DNA of 64,000 bases from assembly GCA_965235115.1 (NCBI GenBank), contig OZ249436.1:15006001-15070000 (forward strand). The letters are read 5' to 3'. The position numbers and the translations under genes were made by a program. This document shows positions 53,801 through 64,000 of this stretch, piece after piece; within the stretch, counting starts at the first letter, position 1; each line of letters opens with the position of its first letter. The DNA comes from Laetmonice hystrix. Taxonomy: Eukaryota. The notes below the pieces were generated by a model. That model was not told where the DNA came from, made no database searches, and saw only the letters and a program-made list of their open reading frames with translations.

Positions 53801-56800
53801 TCAATGTATTCTGTCAGTAAATTGGCCCCTGCATCCAATCCACCAGAGCGTCTTATAATACCCAGCCAAGTACGGTATATGTAATGTCTTGCCAGTTGTG
53901 TACCTCAGAAGTTGGGGAAGTCGGAAAATTTGTTACAGATCTTAGTTAGCACAAATATTGTTGACTTTATTGCTTTGTGCATAATGAATCCTTATGTTTC
54001 TTTCATTTTGTTCTTGTCACAGGTCTGAAACATCTAGCCTTGTTGTGCCCCCACCAGGCAAGATTTTTATTGAAAAAGCGTGGAACCTCAAGCCTGAGCA
54101 TGCCTACAGAATTGACCGCAAGTCTGATCCGAATAATTTATTATTTGATCAACTTTATCAGCTACACATCGCTCGGCATCATAGGTTGGGGAATATTTGC
54201 TTAGGTCAAATGCCACACCAAGTCCTTTCATTTGGCAGCAACAAAATGATAAAAAAGGAAGGAAAAGGAAATGAGCCTAAACGTTATTTCTGTGAAGGTA
54301 ACCGCAAGAAGGCCACAGGTACTGGCAGTACTGATGAGGAACAAAATGCAGACGTTTTGGATGAATCAAACTTAGATTCAAATAAAATTAGGAAATCAAG
54401 ATTCTCAGACTTACTGCAGTCTGATGAACAGATCACCCTCCCATACATCTCACTTGAAAAAGACAAAGGTGCAAAAGGCCTGTCTCGAAACCCACTGGCC
54501 AATCCCCTAGGAATTTATGATACATCAACAGAACTTTATATTCAAGGCAAAAGTCCAGACTTTCAAGTTGCCTCCAAGATGACTGCAGGAGCACCTGCAC
54601 TGGATAAAGAAAAACGGTACCAAGATGCACTGAAGGAAAAAACTGCAGAATACAACAAACATCTGCATCAGAATCCATATGATGTCAGTAGGTGGCTACA
54701 GTTTGTTGATTTCCAGAATGTAGCAGTATGCTCGAAATCTTCATCTGTAACTGAAATCAAACTGTCCATTGTTGACAAGGCATTGGAGAAGAATCCAACC
54801 TCGGTTCCTTTGAAGATGAAGCAGCTTCAGATTGGAGCTGAGGTCTGGGAACGAGACCGTCTGACTAAGGAATGGCAGCAGCTGGTATTCAAACACCCAA
54901 ATAATGCTGATATCTGGTGGCAATACCTGATATTTCTTCAGTCTAACGTGACGACCTTTACTGTGTTGGCAATGATGAAGGCATACACTAAGTGTCTGAA
55001 CACACTAGGCAGCATACTGGATGGCAGTCTACAGTCACATAAAGCAAAGCCCCACACAGAGGAACATTTGTTAGGTAATTATACCATTTGTTAATTTTCC
55101 ATTAGTGTATGTACAAGAACTTGTCCACTATGGCACCTTGCATCACATTACTTCCATGTTTGCATGTTGATTAGGGATTGGGTGCGGAAGAAATGGATGT
55201 CTGTCTTTTGCTAGTTATATTTTTAATGGACATTATTTTGCTCCAATTTATGTGTAACATGCAGATTCTTTCGAACTTTCAGCGTTGTTCTGCCAGCTGA
55301 CAAGACTCTTGGCCCAGGCTGGCCACACGGAGAGAGCTGTCGCCCTTTACCAGGCATCCTTGGAACTGAACCTTTTCTGCCCAACAGTCCTCTCCACTGC
55401 AAACCCCCAAGACAAGCTTGAGTTCCTGGAGGCCTTTTGGGAGAGTTGTGTGCCACGTGTAGGAGAGAATGACGCTGCAGGATTTGCAGCCTGGGTTAAC
55501 AGAAAGGGAGATGTGCCATTCGCATCAATGGCCAATAAAGGTAACAAGAAACATGCCTTTGTTACCTGAACTCATATTCTTTGTTCAAGGGTGTATGTAA
55601 TTTGTAATATTTTATATTGATCTTGATGTGAGCAATGGCTAATTTTGGTTTCCAATATTGTAGATAAAAATACTGAAAACTTTGTCCAAATGTTGAGAAA
55701 GGAACTTATTTTTGTGTGTGAAATAGAAATTCCTTTTTAGGAAAATCAAAACAGAACAGATATGAGCTAAATTATGCGAATAATGCAAATAAAAACAAAA
55801 ATCATGATAAATTTTCAGACATATCAAATACTGTTCATTTTAGATGAAGATATGGAAGCAGAGGACACGGTCTTTAAAACTACCACAGATCGCTGCTCCT
55901 CTTGGGTTGCCATGGAAGCAGTACGGATGTCCCGGCACATTCTACCATGGAAACCTGATGCCCAGAATGGAGAGAGTGAAGAAGACTGCGAAGATTTGGA
56001 ACGCATAGTCATGTTTGACGACATCAGCTCATGTATTATAACCCTCTCAAAGGAAGCAAACCAGCTAGACCTTGTGTCTGCCTTCCTCCAGGTACTAGGA
56101 ATACATTGTCTGTCAAGATCGGTGGGTGCTGACCCGCTCTATCGAAGGTCGCTGCACCCTGGTTTAGACAGTGTTAACCAGGTGGCACCAGGTTGTTCCA
56201 AAGCTGCAAAATGCGAGAGTGTACCAATGTTACCAACAAGATATGACATAGCACTTAATGTCTTACAGCAAATTTTGTTACTTGGAGCATTTTCTCCACA
56301 CAGTAAAACCAGACTGACCCTAGCCCTGATGGATGTGAAAATGATGCAGCTAGGGGCCAAACAACAGGTTGGAACTACAAAGAAGCAATTGAAGAACCTC
56401 TATAAAGAAGTCAAGAAGTTCATGAAAGGCTTGCTAAGAGAGGAGGCCAACCGTAACAACTTGTTGATTTGGGATGCGTATGTTTCCATGGAATGGGCCC
56501 TTGGTAACCATGAAGACGCTCATCGTGCTCTCAGCACTACAATGACGGTTACCCCTCTGCCTGAAATTGATTCCACCAGTGATATGTACAGTAAGGCCGC
56601 TCAGTATAAACTATACAGATCAAGTGCTGAATTGGAAATGGGAATTCGAGTGCCAACCGTTGGTGTTGAAGGAAATTCAGTAGCTCATGGTCCAATGGAC
56701 CAGTCGAGCAGCTCGCGAGCTCTGTACATTTTGGTGTGCCTTGCTCAAGGACAATGTCAGGGTCTTTCTGAAGATGCTATGTTAGCTGCCCTTCCAGCTA

Positions 56801-59543
56801 CGCAAATACTTCGAGCACGTAATGCATACCAACACGGTCTGGACGCTCTATTGCTCCAACTTGAAGACAAGGCAGTAACGACACATGGGGCTGTTCTCCG
56901 ACTACTGCCACAAGTTGGTTCCCCACTCACTCACTGGACGGTATGCTTTGCCCTTTTTCAGTACCTCACTCTGGGAATGAATGCAGCATCAAATGTAATA
57001 CAAAATGTTTTACAAGTAATGAGGCCAGAGAGCGCACAGCTTGGATTGCCTGCTGATGAGAAATGTGAAAAGGACTGGACAGATGATGGTGCCATTCACA
57101 AGCAGAGCGTATTTGAAGAGCTTACGATGGCACACCTCTGTATACTGCAGCGTCATATGACAGCCAATGTCGTGCCTTTGAATACACTTCGTATTCCACT
57201 GCTGCAGAGTTTGAGACAATTTCCAGATTCAGCCAGATTGTTGCACATGTACACAGAGTTGGAGAAGTCCACTAACATTGCTGGGAGGTTACGACGTCAA
57301 CTGTTAGGTCTTTCAGGAATTAGTCAGACGCCACTTGTGTGGGTGTATGGTGCAATGGCAGAGATGGAACGTCAGCAGAGGATTGGCCAATGCCAAATGG
57401 AGCTGTCAGGTTCTCATTTTGGCATTCCAGGTGAGTTTGTTTCTATGGGTAGAAGGGGTAAGAATTGTTCACTTTAAAATTGGAAATGTTTATAAGATTA
57501 TGAACCTTATGGTTGTTTTAGATGCCACCTAAACCTAAAAGATAGTTTGTAAGTGTGTATCAGTTGGAGGGTACTTTTATCAGTTCCCCCAGTCTCTTAC
57601 TGCATGTACTTGCGTTTGTGAAATTCAGCCCCCCACATGCAGACCTGTTAAAGTGTTGTGACAAACGTTTATCATGTCGTTTTCCTTCACTCTAGAATGG
57701 ATGCTGGTGTCTCCTACGCCAACAGGATCACTACATCAGTTGCGTGCATGGTTTGAACGTGCGGTAACATCGCAAAGTTCCTGTTACTGCATACTACTCT
57801 GGAGACTTTTTTTTCAGTTTGAGGTAAAAATAATACCAACATATAAGCTTCCTTTCCGTTAATGTAAATAATAAGATAATGTAGCTTCTGCTGGACCTAA
57901 AATAAATATCTCAGCTTTATTTACCTATACACGTAGTCTGTTCGCTCTAAGAAGAGCTCGACCTCGGCCTCATTAAAGCTATTACTTCATTTGGGGTAAT
58001 ACGTCATATTTTTGAATGACAGGTGGTGATGACTTGTGATACGCCAGCTGTGGGTAGACGGGAGGATGGGGGCAGGTCAGAGCTTTAATGAGGCCGAGGT
58101 CGAGCTCTTCTTAGAGCGAACAGACTATATATGTATTACATATACATGTATAAGCTTAAACAGTCAACGAACTTGTAAAGCTGATCAGTTATTGACAAGA
58201 ACTGAAATTTTGTCAGGAAAGTCTGAAGTAAAGCAAGGATTAAGGGGTTGGATCATAATGCTAACTCATTCCTTCATCCTCAATTTTGCCAGTTCCCATG
58301 ACAACACAACCAGCATTTGTAGTACCACGGAAATTATCCCAACTTTAGTAGTTATTTGACAAAACCATGGATGTCAAAGTCCTTCAATGATAATATTACA
58401 TAACATACTCGTTATTTAATGGGATCATTGTTATTTTATAGTCTGAAAGAGGCAGGGCCTGGGCCTGGATTTTTTGTTTACTTTTCCACCGTAAGCAAGG
58501 GTGAGCTGAGCTGAGCAAGGGTGAGCAGAAGCTCATGCTCACCGTTTTGCTCACCGTTTTAGTTTTTTGAGGGTTTTTTTCCGCGAGATTGCTCACCATG
58601 AGCACGCCTTAATGGAAAAAAACAACCCCAAAAAACACGAAAACGGTGAGAATGAGCTCGTGCTCACCCTTGCTCAGCTTAGCTCACCTTTGCTCACGGC
58701 GGAAAAGTAAACAAAAAAACCGGGCCCAGGTGTATCCATACTGAAAATGGTATTGTTCAGGTACTGTTAATTTATAATCTGTACATGTATGTTCAAATGT
58801 TGAGTAATGTCGAGCTTTACTTTCAGTTGCATGTGGAGCTGTGTATCTACCTTGTTATAATTGTTATTTCTCTCTACTCTTTCTCCACATCAAAGCTGAA
58901 CGAGGGTAAGCGGGAAAACGCTCGAGCTGTTTTCTACAGAGCTGTCCAAAAGTGTCCAGCAGGAAAGGTTAGTGTTGGGGCTCGATTAATAAATTGATTC
59001 GTGATTATTGTATCAAAAACCAGCCCAGTAAATAATATATCGACCGTCTAAAGATATATGTCGGTTATAACAGAACCTGGCAAATAGGGCACTATTTCCT
59101 GACTGTTTAAAATATTGCATAAAAGACTCAATAATAGATGTTGCAAACCTGTTTAACCCCCACCAAAACTTTCTTCCTATCAGATGTTGTATATGGACTA
59201 CGCCCGAGCGTTCCCAGACCGTCTAGAAGAAGTTACAGATTTACTGGTGGAGAAGGAACTACGTCTGCGAGTGCCACTGGAGGAGCTAGATCTCCTTCTG
59301 GAGGCTTCGGTGGGAAAGGTTGTGGAGGCAGGAGTAGCCCTGCCTCCAACATGTGATTCCATGGATTGTTCAGAGGGGGCGCAGCAAGCACTCAACCCAG
59401 TCGTTCCGCGTACGGGGATCGACCCGCCATCTAGTGTTGTTCCGGAGAGTATGATGAGTGCGAACCTCAGCAAGGCTAATGACAAATTGCCCTCAGACAT
59501 TGATGTGAGCAGTATCCCCCTGCCAGACTCTGCTGTGTTATGA
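50814..59543 (+). CDS. NRDE2: Nuclear exosome regulator NRDE2 (~1317 aa, 10 coding exons)
   Basis: Exons 50814-50907, 51996-52119, 52395-52528, 52752-52896, 54023-55074, 55283-55540, 55844-57430, 57696-57823, 58896-58967, 59184-59543; all GT-AG, phases agree, 3954 nt in total. Motifs ALFPAFAG, EWLYNDSF, Lys/His-rich tract, DRKSDPNNL..LY..HIARH, NPYDVSRWLQFVDFQ, QAGHTERAVALYQA, FWES..PRVGE, EDLERIVMFDDI, VFYRAVQKCP and EKELRLRVPLEEL. Confidence 0.96.
51029..51426. mobile_element. MITE in NRDE2 intron 1 with subterminal CATGTCCGCCC repeats
   Basis: acacgacatgtccgcccg..(catgtccgccc x3) at the left end mirrors (gggcggacatg x3)..tcgtgt at the right end. Confidence 0.8.
58458..58730. mobile_element. 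Long palindromic (foldback) MITE in an NRDE2 intron
   Basis: cctgggcctggattttttgtttacttttccaccg..agcaagggtgagc.. mirrored by ..gctcacccttgct..cggaaaagtaaacaaaaaaaccgggcccagg; arms ~95 bp. Confidence 0.85.
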
Positions 59544-62383
59544 TCAGTCGCAGGCTGGCTCTATCATAATATGATATTATGTAAGGCGTGAGGTGCCATG
59601 TTGTGATGCACAGACCTTTTACAGGATCCTTCGCCAAATCATTAAAGCAAGTCTCCCCATAGGTCAAGATGTAGTGACTACATCTTGGATATGGTCAGGT
59701 CTCCAGGATATGAATATTATTAATGTTATTTTCAGAAAGTATTGAATAATTAAATTGTCTTTGTATAAATAATTGACGTGCCTCTGTTATTCATATTTAT
59801 AACAAAATTTCAATTTATCAACCCCATGCAGTATTTTATTTTTTAGAATTAAAACTAATGGCTGGACTATTTTTAACAATGATATCAAGTCCTTTAGTGG
59901 AAGCCCGCGGGGGGAGGGCGGTTGCCCCCCCCCCCCCAATCGTCTGCCACCCCCGCATTTCTGTTGCCTTCTTATGTTGACATAATTCTCGTCGCGTTTG
60001 CCCTCCCCCCTAAAATATATCCTGCGGACGCCCATGGTCCTATGTTTTTCAAGATTTTGTTGGACTTGTCGTTATCGCACGTTCTATAACCGCCAAGCGT
60101 TGTTGAACACTATTGATTCACATACTACAGCTTGCGTCATGTTACTTTCATGTCGGTGCAAGTCTCCATCAGAATCATAAAACCTAATGCATGTTATCAA
60201 CGACGCACCTGGTTCTTGTTTCCAAAGTTAACGAATGAACTGAAGCATGCGCATTAAGGTATAGAAATGGAATAAGCAAAAGCCCATAAAAGCTCTACTG
60301 ACGTAAGGGATATTCTTGTATATAATGTTATATTGTTGGGTGGATTCTATCTTGTAAATAATAAATTTTAGTTATTGATTTTGGCAGTGGTTTCGGTGTT
60401 ACAGTTAGTAATGGGGTTTCTCGGGGAGTTGTGTGGGATGACATACAGCGACTGATTTCAACAAGTTGGTATCTGTAGGCTTGTTTTGTTAAGAATTATT
60501 CCGACCACTAACCTTACTTGCGTTGGTAGGGGGTGCAAATTGAACGGGACCCAGTTCGTAAAAACTTAAGATTTTAAGGAACTTTCCCATGGACTATACA
60601 TGACTATAGTGAAGTCTAGCCACCAACCCACTCACACTTTTTATAATAGATACCCCCCTCCCCCCATATCGTAACGGGTAATTCCCTGTGAAACACTTGT
60701 CTCTTCCCCCTCTTGGCTTTGCTCCGGATTGGTTTCCGGCTAATTTTTTAGACCGATTTAACCTAATTCGTCGTAAACCAGCAGACCTGATTGCCGCTAC
60801 CCATCGCGGCCATAGCGCGGTGCCGGTGCTAGTAGTATATGGAAAGTGGGGTTCATGCGCATGTCGGCCAATGAGCGTGATGAGGGCTAGTTGTTTGCAT
60901 TGAATCGCTCGCGTGTTTAGAGCAAGTTCTACTCGCTGGTTTCTAGCACCTGTTGTGTGATGCTGTCATCAGAGACCACATCCCCAGAGGTCATTAGCGG
61001 ACAAATGATGACAGCGCGTGCGCCCAACATTATATCGGTCAACTATCCATGTATAGGCCAAGTAGGCGAGGGAAAATCAAGGCCTGCTAAGTGCTATACT
61101 GTGGCCAGTGTTATTCTTTGCCCTGAAAGGTCGCACATAATGCAGTAATATAGTTATGTACGTCACTGATCAGGGTGTCGCCATGCAAGACAGAAAATAC
61201 GGGCACATCTTTATGCAACCCAAATTAGGCTTAGTCTAATTTGGCATAGGCCTAAGTTCTTTTTTTCTTGACGAAACTGTGAATGACTTCACGGCCCCCA
61301 AAGTAAATGAATGAAACCCAATACTAGTAGTAGTCAAAGAACAAAGGTTAAAACAGGCCTATATAGTCCTAAAAGAAAAATAAATTGGCCTTGGAGGGTT
61401 AAATAAATAGACCTAGACCTAAATAGGCAGCTTTCCAAATTTAGAGCTCGTCGACGTGAGATATGCCCTATATATGCCTCTCTAAACCATTCAAGATAAA
61501 TATTAGACCCGCTACTTATAGGCTACCGACGAACTGGTATTCCTGTGCTTTGGCAGCTCCATATATTTGATTACAAATGTAGGGGCCTATATATCACCGC
61601 CGATGGCAATACCCTGAACTGAGCGCACGTATAACCTTGAGGGGTTTTTAACACTTTACTGGGGTAACCACTGAACCGTTGAGCCTGTGAGGCAAGCCTA
61701 TCTGACACCGGTAGACCAACTGTACGAGAACACACAGCGGACATGAATAATTTAGCTGGTTCGTCGGGCTCGGACAACGCACGCACGCATACACCCACCC
61801 ACGTGCACACGCACTCACGTTCAGCGTCTCGGTTCTTATTGATCCTCACTACCCACCCCCTCGCCAATCCATCTGCCGTGTGATTCATCGCCACCTTCCC
61901 ACCGATCCCCCCTCAGAACGGACGAGTCCACAGTCGGCGCCATCTTTATGGGAAGTCTGCACGACGACAAGAGACTGGACTGGCTGCGCCGAGATTCTGC
62001 GGGTGGATACCGCACTTCCACGGACGATTACACCTTCATGCTACTTCTATAATACCCTGTCAGTGGTAGGTACACAAGAACACTCTTCTCAATAATATGG
62101 CATAAAGAAATATATTTGGCGAGGAAGGCGTTTATTTGTGGTGAATTTTATTATTAGGCCTACCCGTTCAGCAGGCGCTGTGTCTGATCAGCGGAGTTGG
62201 CGCCATGCACGACGATCGCTCGTCGTGTGACGGGATGTCTGCGGCGGGCATGCATGGCCCGAGCGTCCGCGCCTTGACCTGAGAGCCAGACGTACGGGCA
62301 GTTCTCAAATCTGCCTCCTATTATTTTCAACCAAGACCCATTTGATCCGCCCATAAAGCGAACGTATCATCTTTCTCTTGCAG

Positions 62384-62461
62384 ATGGCTGTCAAAGCGAC
62401 CCGTTTGCTGCTTGCGATCATGCTGCTCGCGGCAGTCGGCTACGCCAAGCCATATCACAAG
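62384..62461 (+). CDS. First coding exon of a secreted protein (signal peptide MAVKATRLLLAIMLLAAVGYA-KPYHK); gene probably continues beyond the window
   Basis: Strong acceptor ctttctcttgcag| directly before ATG, donor AAG|gtaagc; basic n-region, hydrophobic h-region and G-Y-A cleavage site; upstream UTR-exon donor gtaggt near 62066; CpG-rich surroundings. Confidence 0.75.
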
Positions 62462-62778
62462 GTAAGCCAGTTTCCCGGTAGGCCGCGCTACATAGGGCCT
62501 ATAGGATCCTCCTCTAAAGCTAAAATCATTATAATATCGCAGGATTTAGCAGCAATAGCAAATGGCCTACACCAGCCTGCACAATGTGGTCAGAATTAGG
62601 TCGAGTACGAAAAGAAATGTAGGCCTACTTTCTGCATGGATAGTTTTAGAACATGAAAGTTGAAGCGGAGAATGATATAGGCCTAGGTAATCTAACCCCG
62701 GTACAAAATATCTTGGCATATCCTGAAACGCATAGACCCATGCCATATCTCGACTACAGGCAGCTGTGCCCAGACACA

Positions 62779-62926
62779 GGCCCAGACACAGAGACCGATA
62801 TAGGCCTATACGGCCGGTTTTGAGATACGGCCGATTTTTCTCCATAGTTTTCCTACAGAGAAAAATCGGCCGTAGGCTATATCAAAATCGGCCGTATAGG
62901 CCTATATCGGTCTGTGTATTTGGGCC
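62779..62926. mobile_element. Palindromic MITE
   Basis: ggcccagacacagagaccgatataggcctatacggccg ... cggccgtataggcctatatcggtctgtgtatttgggcc; the interior is also symmetric. Confidence 0.8.
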
Positions 62927-64000
62927 TTAGCCCCTTAACCGTTGACGCTCTGGTCTGTGTACTCAATGAAGAGGTCACTGTGAGTATAGAATGTCCCGAT
63001 TCAACGGCAGGGACATTACGGTATAACGTTGGCGTTGGCCGCTTGGCTAGCTTGACTCGGTCGTTGACCCATGACATCAATCACCATTATGACCTAGAGC
63101 ACGGGTTCTATGTAAGCAGACACGGGATTTATTGGCTGTTTGTGTTGAGGAATGGTGTAACTCATGAGTCACACCCACTGTTGCAGGCGCGTGACTTGGC
63201 TGCTTGCTAGTGATCCTAAGCCTAATACTAAATGTCAACATGACTCAACATGAAGACATAATTATATAGCCTATTGGCCATACGGCATATTTTTAAAATA
63301 TTAAATTAGCCTTCATTTAAAGAGATATTTTAGGTAAAATGTAATTTTCAAAAGCCCTTTGATCCACTACTGTCGAACATATACCACAGACATTCAAGGC
63401 CTTTTAAGTCAAACTAAATGAGATTTAATTGGACGGTAATAGGTACAAAGTAACTCAAGAGTAACCTTCATATTATTGACCCGGATCCGCCACTCTGTTG
63501 TAGACCTGTATGGCAGAAGAATATAAGTCATGCAGATGCATAGCTTGTTCTTATTATCTCCACGAAGAACGCCATCTAGTGGGGATTTAAATAATTCTCA
63601 CAGTCTCCGATACGCATGGGTCCAGAATGATGATAATTGTGATAGGCCTAATCTTTACAACGTTTAAATACGTAGCAGCAGTAATAAGGCGTGTTCATCA
63701 GTTGTAATCCCGAACCGTTAACGTGGTAGGCCTGGAGTGGTGTATGGGAGGTGGATGGATGTTGCTGTGCTGCAGACAGTGGCGGATACAAGGACCCCCT
63801 CCACCCAAGCCAGACAGTAAACTATGACGACAGCAGCAGCAGGATCCACCCTGAGTATAAACAGCCTCCTTGGTCGTACCTGTCAGTCCACAAGTTGTGG
63901 ACGGATCACCATCCGAGAATCATTATGTCTTTGATACTATTTCTGCGTAATGTACAAGGAGCATGCAAACCATCTATAACTCATCAAACGGAGGGCAGAC

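Overview
AT-rich, intron-containing genomic DNA from an invertebrate animal (inferred from GT-AG gene structures, gene families and transposon types; the species cannot be fixed from sequence alone). Most ORF-track entries are spurious. Hand-built splice models give four supported genes. (1) A minus-strand gene of about 1527 aa (exons 28555-28475, 6696-6474, 6212-5915, 5680-5568, 5217-1349). It opens with a Sine oculis-binding protein (SOBP)-like motif, lacks SOBP's FCS zinc fingers, and carries three copies of a ~120-aa domain I do not recognise plus a helical C-terminal domain. This is the most novel item. (2) FBXL15/jetlag-like F-box/LRR gene on the minus strand, 45649-47223 or longer. (3) NRDE2 on the plus strand, 10 exons, 50814-59543, head-to-head with FBXL15. 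(4) The first coding exon of a secreted protein (62384-62461). A weakly supported small spliced gene may lie at 35.9-39.6 kb. Non-genic content includes a decayed, internally deleted Kolobok-like transposon (THAP plus convergent KolX-like ORF), a TTAA-flanked 527-bp Kolobok-type element, many MITEs with 3-, 5-, 6-, 7- and 8-bp target duplications, two unrelated 57-bp minisatellites, a 304-bp tandem duplication and a probable Gypsy relic. The palindrome TAGGCCTA is strongly enriched near gene 5' ends. All models were read by eye and no database search was run.
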